DNA of 64,000 bases. Origin: Heteronotia binoei (lineage: Eukaryota). A program made the position numbers and the translations under genes. How positions within the stretch are numbered: position 1 is the stretch's first letter; each line of letters starts with the position of its first letter. The notes beneath the pieces were generated by a model, which saw nothing but the letters and a program-made list of their open reading frames with translations, ran no database searches and was not told the DNA's origin. The stretch spans positions 78,058,001 to 78,122,000 of the forward strand of contig NC_083243.1 of assembly GCF_032191835.1 (NCBI RefSeq), written 5' to 3'. Positions 39,295 to 50,870 of the stretch are shown here, in pieces.

Positions 39295-40120
39295 TTCAGC
39301 AACAGCTACACAAAAAACACACAAAAGCAAATCAGAATTGCTGGAGTGCAGTATAGAAATGGGATCCAATGCCTGGGAAAATATCCTGGGGTTCTTGAGG
39401 CTGACTTTGTACCCCAGAAGTGTGAAAACAGAAGAAAGATCATATTTCTTGAAATGGATTGGAGCCAGAAGTTTTAAACCTTATTGGTGGATGTATGCAA
39501 CAATGGGTGCGCAGGGAGAAATAACTCTCAAGGAAGAGGACACTGGGGACACAATGTCTTCTTTGATAACACTGTCCAAGTAGAATTACAAACTAAGCAT
39601 ATATTATTTATATTCAGCTAGACTGATGACACTTAACACACTCACACACAAATTGATTGGGGGGGGGCACTGTGAAGGAAATAAATGTATCAAAATTGGA
39701 AATTGATGAGTTGACATTTCATTCCTAAATCACAAGCAGATCCTGTTAGTGTCTGAACAATGTTGAATTTAATTAACTGAGGCACTGTAGTGGGGGGTGG
39801 AGGGTGAGCTTGCTATATTTGTCCTTTCCCAAGGATTTTTAATTACCTTGCTTAATTTCTTTGAACTGGAGGAGGTGCTTTGCTGCACTTCAGATTAGAG
39901 AAATACATTCCTCTCTACTATTCCAAATTTGGGGCAAGATCAAATTAAGGGAATTTTAAAAAGATGCACAGTTCTTCTGGAGGATTGGTGGAGGGATCCC
40001 AACTATGTACTTCATTGCTAAGCTGAGAGAACTACTCATGGAATAATATGTGCTTTTCACCTAGACTTTTAAACCAGCAACTACATATACTGGATATACT
40101 GGATGCAACAGGAGGTAGAG

Positions 40121-40721
40121 CAAGGGTATCAAACATGTGGTCCGGGGGCCAAATCAGGCCCCCGGAGGACTCCTATCAGGCTCACAAGCAACTGACTATC
40201 ATCTGCTTCCTTCTCCCTCTCTCTAGTTTCCTTCTGCATAACAGCTTGCTTTGCAAGGCTTGCTGAATCGCACAGGAGCTATAGAGCAAAATCTCTATTT
40301 TCTCCATTAGCTGAGGCTCCTCCCTTTGGAAGGAAGGGGGAGGGAGAGCTTGCTTTGCCAGGCTCTCTCAATTGCACAGCAGAGCTACTGAGCCAGGCCT
40401 CTCTTTCCTCTATTGGCTGAGGCTCCTCCCCCTCCTCATCCCCTGGAGAAGGAATGAAAGAGCCAGAGCTTCCTTTGTCCAGTTCCCTGGATCCCATGGG
40501 AGAAATACAAAGAAAGCACCTTTATGACAAATAAGTGCTAATGTTTTAAGCATGTTTTATTTAAAGGGTTTTTTTTTTAAATCTTTGTGTTTGTCTGTGT
40601 CCTTTATATAAAGTTTATATTTCTACTACTTAATCTTAAATAGGTACACACATGGCCCCGTCCGACAACGTCTCATTTATGTCAGATTTGGCCCTCATAA
40701 CAAACGAGTTTGACACTCCTG
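40121..40721. mobile_element. hAT-Charlie-like MITE
   Basis: TIRs caagggtatcaaac / gtttgacactcctg, subterminal ggccc motifs; flanks share only tagag, so the 8-bp TSD is not clean. Confidence 0.8.
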
Positions 40722-41191
40722 TAGAGTATTGCTGCAGCTATAGTGCAAGTGAGTTGTCAGATAAACGGGAGCAAAAATCATAAACAGTTGTACAATGTAA
40801 ACTTCATATATTTCAGAAAACAGACATTCTTCAGTGGATCTGAAGGTGCACACAGAAGTGACAATGTAGGAAAAGTCCAGATAAAGTGTTAAGTCTACAG
40901 CAGCAGAATAAAATAGGAATCCATTGACATTTTAGAAACTAAGTTTATCCCCACATAAGTTTTCATGAGTCAGAGCTCACTTTTTCAGATGCATAGCAGT
41001 TCAAATGCATCTGGCTGATTTATATGTACCACATAAAAATAAGAAGGAAACGTTGCAAAAAGAGGCCAATTCAAGACACTGCCCAATCCAAAAAGTAATT
41101 AGTCTATTCAGAAAAGGTATGGGATACTCCCAACCGTTGTTCAGTGAAGTAAAACCCAATTCAGAATAAAATAAATACATATAATAGGTTA

Positions 41192-41753
41192 CAAAAAAAT
41201 AGCCAAAGTAAACAATTATAAGGAGTAGGATCTGCAATATATTAAAAACTGCAATACATTAAAAAGGCAGTAATTCGTGTTTTAATATTTGAAGATTAAA
41301 TAATGGCCAAGAGCAAAACAAAACCGCAGAAAAGCAGAAGTAGGGTCTTCAGCAAGCTGTGGTTAAAGGTGAAGCAGAAAGTAGGGAAATGACCCAAAAA
41401 GGTCAGAAAAATGAGATCATGTAGAAAGGTGATTGGTCAAAGGATTGTGCAAGAGGGGTATATAAGACCAGTGTGCCTCTGTGATTTGGCTCAGACCCTG
41501 GGTCTGAAGCCCATGTACAGGGGCCCGTGTGCACGTTAAATAAAGCTTGGCTGTTTTCCTGATCTCGCCTCAGACCTCGTTTGTAAGTATGATTTAATAT
41601 TAATTGGGCAACACAGGACTTTTCCTGCTACAGAATCAAACATTATTTAATCTTCAAATATTAAAACACGAATTACTGCCTTTTTAATGTATTGCATTTT
41701 TTAATATATTGCAGATCCTGCTCCTTATAATTGTTTACTTTGGCTATTTTTTT
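41192..41753. repeat. 113-bp inverted repeat (41192-41305 vs 41641-41753) around an LTR-like core
   Basis: Arms differ at 2 positions; the spacer contains TATA (gtatataag ~41458), AATAAA (~41539) and ends ...gggcaaca. Confidence 0.9.
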
Positions 41754-41777
41754 GAGAAGGAGAGGAGGAGGAGATAT

Positions 41778-41853
41778 AGGAGATTGTAAGCCGCTCTGAG
41801 TCTCTGATTCAGAGAGAAGGGCAGGGTATAAATCTACGGTCTTCTACTGTCTT
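41778..41853 (+). mobile_element. Squam3-like SINE 3' end
   Basis: ggagattgtaagccgctctgag...gggtataaatct..tcttct. Confidence 0.75.
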
Positions 41854-41939
41854 TTAAAAATTTTTATTTATATATATAAAAACCCATAGTGAGTCAGGAA
41901 TCACGGGTCTCTATTAACTTGCAGTACTGCAGTCCTACG

Positions 41940-42190
41940 CTCTGCTCATCACCCTGAGTTCAATCCCCGGTGGAAGCTGAATTTTCAGGTAGCTGGCTCA
42001 AGGTTGACTAGCTTTCCACCCTTCCGAGGTTGGTAAAATGAGTACCCAGCTTGCTGGGGGGAAGTGTAGATGACTGGGGAAGGCAATGGCAAACCACCCT
42101 GTAAAAAGTCTGCTGTGAAAACGTTGTGAAAGCAACATCACCCCAGAGTCGGAAACGACTGGTGTTTGCACAGGGGACCTTTCCTTCCAA
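41940..42190 (+). mobile_element. Sauria-SINE-like element (RTE-type tail)
   Basis: B box gagttcaatcc, core cttccgaggttggtaaaatgagtaccc, tail gggaaggcaatggcaaaccaccc..acgactggtg.ttgcacagggga. Confidence 0.75.
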
Positions 42191-42734
42191 TTTAGCAATA
42201 TCATATTGGATTCTCCTGTTGAAATTCCTTTGCAAGAAGGCTATAACTTTTAGACCAGCAACAGAATGCCTTGAAATATTAAAATGTTCCCCATACAAAA
42301 GAATAAAAGGACATAAATATGCCATTACAACCACAACATTCAGGCACCAGACCCCTTTTTAAATCTTTAAAATCTGCTTCAGTGCATAGTACTCCCTTGC
42401 TGATTTGGGCTGAATGAATGTAATTCTGTCACTTTTACATTGAAAATAATAACAATTGAAAATAACTTTTACATTGAAAATAATAATAACAACAATCAGC
42501 AGGATAGGACATCCAATAAGCAATATCCTAGGATTTGGATTGCTGAAATCTTAAACAGAGTTGAAGCAAAGCAGAAGCATTTTAACATGACATGTTAAAT
42601 GATGCCGAAATTTCACAGTAGGCTAATACAACAGCAGACAGTACATAGAGTAAAAAAGGCAGCAGCAACAAAGATAATTTAAAATGTTTCTGCCAATTGT
42701 GGTGGTGGAGAAATACACACATCCATATTTCTTG

Positions 42735-42840
42735 ATACAGTCTCATGGAACTGTCTCACGCAGGAATAAATGTTGCTCTTTAAGGTACCACAGGAATTGT
42801 ATTGTCTTTTGCTACAACAGACTAGCACAGCTAACAAACA
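42735..42840 (+). mobile_element. Penelope-like pseudo-LTR fragment (a related fragment may lie at 40940-41010)
   Basis: ggaataaatgttgctctttaaggtaccacagga..tgctacaacagactagcacagcta resembles the reptile PLE terminal repeat. Confidence 0.6.
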
Positions 42841-43895
42841 AGAATTATCTTGAAACACTAACAAAACCAGGGATCATCTTAAGTTAGAGCCTTTAACATC
42901 TTACTTGCCCCCCACAGTTATGTTTAACCTCAATTTGACTCTTTAATTTTACAAGTACTGCATGACCCAAGCATGAAAGAAGAAACACTTCTGCGGTGGG
43001 GGGAGGAGCAAATCCAGGTTAGAATGGTGCTTTGTTATAAAACTTTGGCCACCTGAGACTGGTTCAGGTCTGGGGGTTTTGCGAGGCAAAGCAGGCCTTA
43101 CCAAAAAGAAAAGGGTAAATTAAGGCCATCAGGACTAGAAAAGAGTCTCTCTTCCAGTGTTCCTTTCCTAAGCCCTGGATGTAACTTAATGCTCAGAAAT
43201 TCATTATTATTGGGAGTTAAAGGTCAGTGCTAGAGAAGAGGCCAGATTGACAGCCCTGGAGACTTCTTTATTGAGCCAACCATTTCAAAACAAACAGCCA
43301 TAAACATCTCTGTTCTGTCCTGCTAGCATAGTCTCTGGAGAGGTGAATACTATGCTGCTCCAAGTTTAATACAAAGGAGCCAGCTCGAATAAGACTTGAC
43401 TGTTGTGTTCATCATCTACTTCCTGCTTCCCCATTCTCTACGGTTGGAAGGACATGGTAGAAAGCAAACATGAGATTGCCAAATCCATTTATCCAGGAAG
43501 GAATTTGCAGGGAAGCAGCAGCAAGAAAGAAGGGACAGCTTGATCCTACCCAATGGTTTCACCCAGCTGGAATGCTGCCGAGATATCTCAGGCCAGAGGT
43601 TCCTTTACAGCTGAGAAAATATTGCTCATGTTGCAGAAGAGGAAGTGGGTAGGCAAGGAAAGTGTGGAAATCAGTAAGCAATTAGGTGGGTGGGCAGGCA
43701 AGCAGAACTGAATTCACCAGTCCTCTCAGCCTGTTCTATAATCTTCCTCTTTAGAGGAAGTTGAAATAGCCTAGTAGCATTCTAGCTAACTAGGATATTG
43801 TTTTTGGCTTGTAAAGATCAGGGCTGATGGAAACACCATGGAGTCACAGTGGTTGCCTTCTCCAGCATTAAAGGAAAACTATTTCATTATTTTAA

Positions 43896-44410
43896 GTCAT
43901 AGAATCATAAAGTTGGAAGGGGCCAAATAGGCCAGCTAGTCCAACCTCCTGCTCAATGCAAGTCAGCCTAAAGCATCTGTGGCATGTTCATCCAGCCACT
44001 GCTTGAAGTTTGTCAGTGAGGGGGACCTCACCACCTCCCTAGGCATCTGATTCCACTGCTGAACTACTCTTACTGGCAAAAAAAAAAAATCCTAGTATCT
44101 AACTGATATTTTCCTCTCATAATTTAAACCCATTATTGTGAGTCCTCGCCTCTGCTGCTAGCAGAAACAGCTCCCTGCCCTCCTCTGAATGAGGGCCTTT
44201 CAAATGCTTACAGAGAGCAATCCTATTCCCCCTCAACCTCCTCTTCTCAAGGTGGAACATTTCCAAGTCTCTTGGCCTTTCCTTGTAGGGCTTGGTCTCC
44301 GGGCCCCTGATCATCTTGGTTACAGCTTCTGCACCTGCTCTATTCTGTTCTCATCCTTTTTGAAATGAGGCCTCCAGAACTGCACACAGTACTCCAGGTA
44401 CAGTCTGATA
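43896..44410 (-). mobile_element. CR1 3' fragment
   Basis: 8-nt tail catagaatcata at 43897; ORF YKERPRDLEMFHLEKRRLRG..KHLKG; truncated by the element at 44411. Confidence 0.9.
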
Positions 44411-45393
44411 CAGGGCTTTTTTTGAGCCGGAACGCACCAGAACGCTGTTCTGGCAGGCACGAGGAGTGTTCCGGCTGCCCATGCCAGTGTTCCACCTCAG
44501 CACAGCCAGCTTGCTGGCTGGGCTGAGCTGACTGAGCCAGCTTCCTGACTGACGCTTGTGTGGCATCAGTCAGGAAGCTGTGTGACTGACGCTTGTGTGA
44601 GCTGACTGAGCCAGCTTCCTGGCTGACGCTTGTGTGGCGTCCTCCCAGCTCCCCAATGTCTGGCCAGGGTCAGGGGGCCCAACCGTGCTTGCACGGCGTT
44701 TCCCTGCTCCCCAACGGCCGGCCGGGATCAGGGGGGATGAGCTGTGCATCTGTGGTGTTTTCCCACCTCCCCGACCTCCAGCCAGGGTCAGGGGGTCGAG
44801 CCGCACATTTGTGGCATTTTCCCACCTCCCCAACCTCCGGCCAGGGTCGGGGGCCAAGCCATGCTTGTGCGGCTTCCTCCCAGCTCCCTGACTTCTGGTC
44901 GGGGTAAGGGGGCCCAACTGCATTTACGCAGCATCCTCCTGGCTCCCCGACAGCTGGCCAGGATCGGGGGGCAAGCTGCGCATCCATGGCGTCTTCCCGC
45001 CTCCCCAACCTCTGGCTGGGGTCGGGGGGGGGGGCTGAGATGCGCATCTGCGGTGTTTTCTTGCTCCCTGATGACTGGTCAGGGTCAGGGGGTCCGAGCC
45101 GTGCATTTGCAGCGTTTTCCCACTCCCAGAAGGCTGGCCGGGGTTGGGGGGCCGAGCTGCACATCCGCAGCATTTTCCCGGCTCCCTGCTGGCTGGCTGG
45201 GCTGAGGGGGGTGAGCCATGCTGGGCTCTGCCCTCCCAGGGCCTGGCTGGCTGTGAGGCTTTCAGAGCCCAGCTGCAGCAGCGGGATTGTTTTTGGCCAG
45301 GGTTCCCCTCTGTGGAAGAGTCAGCATTGCATTTCAGGTAAGTTTGTTGACGCTCCTCCACCCCATCTGCATTAAATCCTTACTTGCTCCAAT
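44411..45393. mobile_element. GC-rich hAT-type element carrying a diverged ~59-60-bp minisatellite (about 9 copies, 44640-45190); runs into the gap
   Basis: Starts cagggcttttttttgagccggaacgc; unit consensus ctccccgacctccggccagggtcaggggg.cgagccgc.catttg.ggc.ttttccca. Confidence 0.65.
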
Positions 45394-45551
45394 NNNNNNN
45401 NNNNNNNNNNNNNNNNNNNNNNNNNNNNNNNNNNNNNNNNNNNNNNNNNNNNNNNNNNNNNNNNNNNNNNNNNNNNNNNNNNNNNNNNNNNNNNNNNNNN
45501 NNNNNNNNNNNNNNNNNNNNNNNNNNNNNNNNNNNNNNNNNNNNNNNNNNN
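45394..45551. other. Assembly gap (158 N)
   Basis: Run of N. Confidence 1.
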
Positions 45552-45659
45552 TCAGACATATGACATTCATGTCTTACAGCGCTCAGACATCTGATGTTTA
45601 TTTTATGTGGCTCTTATGTTAAGCAAATTCCTGTGCTAAGGATTCTTTTGGGTCACAGC

Positions 45660-45897
45660 CAGTGTTTCCTCTAAGCTGAGTTAGTGTGAGCTAGCTCACT
45701 GATTTTTAGCCTCCAGTTCACAGATTTTTGTCTTAGCTGAGGAAGGATGACCCCAGAGAACAATAATTTATGCAGTAGCTCACAACTTTAATGCCAATAG
45801 ATCACAACTTTAATGCCAATAGCTCACAACTTCAATGCCAGTAGCTCACAAAGTAGAATTTTTGCTCCCAAGATTCTGCAGCTTAGAGGGAACATTG
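45660..45897. mobile_element. hAT MITE (CAGTGTTCCCTCTAAG TIR) with an internal 22-bp tandem repeat
   Basis: TIRs cagtgtttcctctaag / cttagagggaacattg; TSD-like tcacagcc / ccacagcc; tagctcacaactttaatgccaa x~3.5. An inverted copy with one unit lies at 49634-49820. Confidence 0.82.
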
Positions 45898-46124
45898 CCA
45901 CAGCCAGTGCCTCCCAAGTGATTACTAAGATGTCAGCCCAGAAGCTCTCTCACATGTGCATATATGAATACTGTCAAAAAAAGAAACGTGGCCACAACTG
46001 AATTGCCAAGGTGCCAGCATCCACTGCAAGTAAGGAACAGTGCAATCCTAAACAGATCTATTCAGAATTTTATTGAACTCTACTCTGTTGTGATTATTTC
46101 TAGGAAGGTTAGATTCATGTCCAG

Positions 46125-49000
46125 TAGAAACTAGAGACATCTTGGGAATCAGTGAACTAAAATGGATGGGAATGGGTGAATTTAACTCAGAGAATTACTA
46201 CATCTATTATTGTGGGCAAGAGTCATGTAGAAGAAATGGTGTGGCCTTTATAGTTAACAAGAGAGTGAGGAAGGCAGTAATGGGATACAATCTCAAAAAT
46301 GACAGAATGATCTTGGTCTGTATCCAAGGCAAACCATTCAATATCACAGTAATCCAAGTCTATGCCCCTACCACTGATGCAGAAGAGGCTGAAGTGGACC
46401 AGTTCTATGAAGATCTACAACACCTTCTAGAAATAACACACACAAAAAAAGATGTCCCCCTCATCATAGGGCAGGGGTGGCCAATGGTAGCTCTCCAGAT
46501 GTTTTTTTGCCTACAACTCCCATCAGCCTCAGCCATTGGCCATGCTGGCTGGGGCTGATGGGAGTTGTAGGCAAAAAACATCTGGAGAGCTACCGTTGGC
46601 CACCCCTGTCATAGGGGACTGGAATGCCAAAGTAGGAAGTCAAAAGGTAACCGGAACAACTGACAAGTTTGGCCTTGGAGAACAAAATGAAGTCGGGCAA
46701 AGGCTAATAGAGCTTTGTCAAGAGAACAAGCTGGTCATAGTGAACACCCTCTTCCAACAACCTCTTCCTACACATGGACATCACCTGATGGGCAACACAG
46801 AAATCAGATTAATTATATACTCTGCAGTCAAAGATGGAGAAGCTCCTTATGGTCAGCAAAAACAAGACCTGGAGCTGACTGAGGCTCAGATCATGAGTTA
46901 CTCATTGCAAAATTCAGGCTTAAACTGAAGAAAACTGGGGAAGCCATTAGGCCATTCAGGTTTAACCTTGATCACATCCCTTATGAATATACAGTGGAGG
47001 TGAAGAATAGGTTTAAGGAACTAGAGTTGATAGACAGAGTGCCTGAAGAACTATGGATGGAGGTTCGTGACATTGTATAGAAGGCAGCAATCAGCACCAT
47101 CCCAAAGAAAAAGAAATGCAAGAAAGCAAAGTGTCTGTCTGATGAGGCTTTACAAATAGTCAAGGAAAGAAGAAAAGCGAAAGGCAAAGGTGAAAAGGAA
47201 AAATTCACCCAACTGAATGCAGATTTTCAGAGAACAGCAAGGAGAGATAAGGAGGCCTTCCTGAAGGAACAATGAAAAGCAATAGAGGAAAATAACAGAA
47301 TGGGAAGGACAAGAGATCTCTTCAAGAAAACTGGAGATATCAAGGGAACGTTTCGTGCAAAGATGGACATGATAAAGGACAAAAACAGTAGGGACCTAAC
47401 AGAAGCAGACAAGATCAGGAAGAGGTGGCAAGAATACACAGAAGAATTATACAAGAAGGATCTCAATGTCCTTGACAACCATGACAGTGAAATCGCTGAC
47501 CTTGAGCCAGACATCCTGGAGTGTGAAGTCAAATGGACCTTAGAAAGCATTAGAGAGCGGAGATTATGGTATCCCAGTTGAGCTATTCAGAGTCCTAAAA
47601 GATGATGCTGTTAAAGTGATGCACATATTATGTCAACAGATTTGGAAAACGCAACAATGGCCACAGGATTGGAAAAGATCAGTTTATATTCCAATCCCAA
47701 AGAAGGGTAATGACAAAGAATGTTCAAACTATCGCACCATTGCACTCATTTCACATGCCAGCATGGTCATGTTAAAGATCCTACAAGCTAGGCTTCAGCA
47801 GTATGTAGATTGGGAACTACCAGAAGTTCAAGCTGGGTTTCGGAGAGGTAGAGGAATTAGAGATCAAATTGCCAACATTCAATGGATTATGGAGAAAGCA
47901 CGGGAGTATCAGAAAAACGTCTTTTTCTTTTTCATTGACTACACTAAACCCTTTGATTGTGTGGATCACAACAAACTGTGGCAAGTCCTTAAAGAGACGG
48001 GAGTACCAAACCACCTCACATGTCTCCTGAGAAACCTGTATAAGGGTCAAAAAACAACTGCCAGAACAGGATATGGAACAACTGATTGGTTTAGAATAGG
48101 AAAGGGAGTTTGACAAGGATGTATATTGTCACCCTGCTTATTTAATTTATATGCAGAGTACATCATGCGGAATGCTGGCCTGGATGAAGCAGAAGCCGGA
48201 ATTAAGATTGCTGGGAAAAACATCAACACCTCAGATATGCAGATGACACCACTCTAATGGCAGAAAGTGAGGAGGACCTAAAGAACCTCTTGTTGAGGGT
48301 AAAAGAGGAGAGCACAAAAGGAGGCTTGAAACTCAACATAAAAAAAAACTAAGATCATGGCATCTGGCCCCATCACACCTTTGCAAATAGAAGGGGAAGA
48401 CACGGAAGTAGTGACAGACTTCACATTTCTGGGGTCCAAGATCACTGCAGATGGTGACTGTAGCCATGAAATTAAAAGACGTTTGCTCCTTGGGAGGACA
48501 GCTATGGTGAACCTGGGCAGTATAATAAGAAGTGGAGACATCACCCTGCCCGCAAAAGTCCGTATAGTCAAAGCGATGGTATTCCCAGTAGTAATGTATG
48601 GCTGTGAGAGCTGGACCATAAGGAAGGCTGAGCGCAGAAGAACAGATGCTTTCAAGCTGTGATGCTGGAGAAGAATCTTGAGAGTCCAAATCAGTCAGTC
48701 CGAAGGGAAATCAACCCAGACTGTTCCCTGGAAGGTCAGATGCTGAAGCTGAAGCTCAAATACTTTGGCCATCAAATGAGAAGGGAGCACTCACTGGAGA
48801 AGATCCTGATGCTGGGAAAAACAGAAGGCAAAAGAAGAAGGGGACGGCAAAAGATGAGATGGCTGGACAGCGTTAGTGATGTAACAAACACGAATTTGAG
48901 CAAACTTTGGAGGATGGTGGAAGATAAGAGGGCCTGGCGTGACTTTGTCCATGGGGTCACAAAGTGTCGGACTCAACTGTGCAACTGAACAACAAGAAGA
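46125..49000 (+). mobile_element. RTE-BovB-like LINE covering endonuclease, RT and 3' end, with frameshifts and stops
   Basis: LGISELKW, IQVYAPTTDAEE, IGDWNAKVG, NYRTIALISHAS, FIDY.K.FDCVDH, YADDTTL, YGCESWT; tail caactgaacaacaagaag. Confidence 0.96.
46472..46608. mobile_element. 137-bp palindromic hAT-Charlie-like MITE nested in the RTE endonuclease
   Basis: TIR caggggtggcca / tggccacccctg; perfect 8-bp TSD tcataggg. Confidence 0.95.
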
Positions 49001-49409
49001 ACCTAGAGACCAACAAGATTTTTGGGGTGTAAGCTTTGAGAATCAAAGCTGGGAGGTTTATACCTCAAAAATATTGTTGGTCAATGGACTCGAGTCTAGC
49101 TGCTCTCCTGCAGACCAATACAGTTACCCTCTGAAACTATCCTAAAATGTGAATTATAGACACAATGAGAATATGGAGAAATTATCTCAGTGGATTGCAC
49201 TGAAATCTCCTGGAATAATTTGTTAATTTTTGGGAGGACTGTGTAGATGTGTATGTTTATATGGCATAGTTCTAGAGGAACATGGAAATACTGAAGAATG
49301 CTGCTTCCTAAGAGTCTCCCACTTTCATTCAAAAAGCAGTTTTCTAGCCTTTGTGCCTGTAAAGCCATGACCTTAGTAGCCCAGAGTATCCTGATCTCAT
49401 AAACTACAA

Positions 49410-49585
49410 AGAGTTGTGGCTCAGTGGCAGAGCATCCTCTTGGTATGCAGAAAGTCCTAGGTTCAATAGCCAGTTAAAAGGATGCGGTAGGAGGTGATAT
49501 GAAAGACCTGTACCAGAGACCAGCTGCTGCCAGTCTGAGTAGACAATACTTACCTTCATGGACCATTATAAGGCAGCTTCATGTG
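49410..49585 (+). mobile_element. Older copy of the tRNA SINE family at 4549/10178
   Basis: tgtggctcagtggcagagc..ggttcaat..; tail ataaggcagcttcatgtg. Confidence 0.8.
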
Positions 49586-49840
49586 CTCCTGTATGTTAGC
49601 CCTGGTTAGTATTCAGATGGGAGGACCTCCCAAGCAATACTCCCTCTAAGCTGTGTAGTCCTGTGAGCTAGAATTCAATTTTGTGAGCAATTGGCATTAA
49701 AGTTGTGGGCTACTGCATAAATTAATGTGCCCTGGGGCCATTTTTCCAAGCTAAGACAAAAATGTGTGAGCTGGAAGCTAAAAAACTGTGAGCTAGCTCA
49801 CACTAACTCATCTTAGAGGTGGATGTGATTATATGGTCTA

Positions 49841-50321
49841 GGACCTGCCTATCTTAGGGACCGTCTCTTCGCACATGTTCCCCAGAGAGTACTCAGATCG
49901 GGATAAAAAAATCTATTAGTAATCCCTGGGTTGAAGGAGGCCAGATTAAAATCAACCAAAGACAGGGCCTTCTCGATTGTAGCCCCCTGCTGGTGGAACC
50001 AACTGCCAGATGAAGTGAGGGCCTTGCAGAACCTCACGCAGTTCCGCAGGGACTGCAATACTGTCCTCTTCCGGCTGGTGTTTAATTGCCATGGCACCTG
50101 TATTTAAGGGAAGTGGAAGAAGGCCATCGCCACTGAAATAGCACCAAACTAATATTCTTTTTTAACTACTGAATATCTTGTTTTATTGTAAGAATGTGTA
50201 ATTTTAATACTTATTAGTTTTAATTGTTGTTGGGATTTTATGTTTATGTTGTGAGCCGCCCTGAGCCTGCTTCGGCGGGGAGGGCGGGATATAAATAAAA
50301 TAAAATAAAATAAATAAATAA
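49841..50321 (+). mobile_element. L2 3' fragment, same family as 20110-22514
   Basis: GPAYLRDRL..RAFSIVAP.WWNQLP..VRALQNL; tail gagccgccctgag..gggcgggatataaat(aaaat)n. Confidence 0.9.
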
Positions 50322-50324
50322 CCA

Positions 50325-50483
50325 TATTTCTGGTGATGTCAGAAGCATGGCCTTGCATGCAAATGATGGTGATGTCAGAGGTGTGGCATAGTATGCAAAT
50401 AATGATGATGCCAGAGGTGTGGCCTCGCATACTAATGAGTTCCTGCTGTGCTTTTTTTTTTTTTTTTTATAAAAAAAGCCCTG
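50325..50483. mobile_element. hAT MITE end with three 36-39-bp tandem units, two containing ATGCAAAT
   Basis: ggtgatgtcaga..tggc...atgcaaat units; terminus aaaaaaagccctg. Confidence 0.65.
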
Positions 50484-50499
50484 GTCTGATGAATGCAGT

Positions 50500-50870
50500 G
50501 TACAGTGAGACTATGACATTTTGTGGTTTGGATGTTATACCTCTTTTGATATACCCCAAGACAGCATTAGCCTTCTTTTTTTTGCATCATAGTGACTGCT
50601 CATATTTAGCTTACAGCCCACCTGTACCCCAAGACCTTGCTCAAATACACTGCTACCCAGAAATGTGTCCCCTCCCCATCCATTATGGGTGCTTCTAATT
50701 TTTGTTACCCAGATGTAGAACTCTGCACTTATCCTTATTCACATTTACCCATCTTTCCAGTGCATCCAATGCATCTTGTTGTTCTGGTGTATTTGGCACT
50801 CCTCCCAATTTGGTGTCATCAGTAAATTTAATCAATAGTCTCTCCACCCCCTCATCCAGATAATTTATAA
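50500..50870 (-). mobile_element. Old CR1 RT fragment
   Basis: Reverse strand KF.DDTKLGG.. and the downstream CR1 ORF2 region. Confidence 0.7.

Noticed and set aside
42749-42800. Minus-strand exon-like segment QKTIQFLWYLKEQHLFL
   Set aside because: It is the reverse complement of a Penelope-like terminal repeat fragment.
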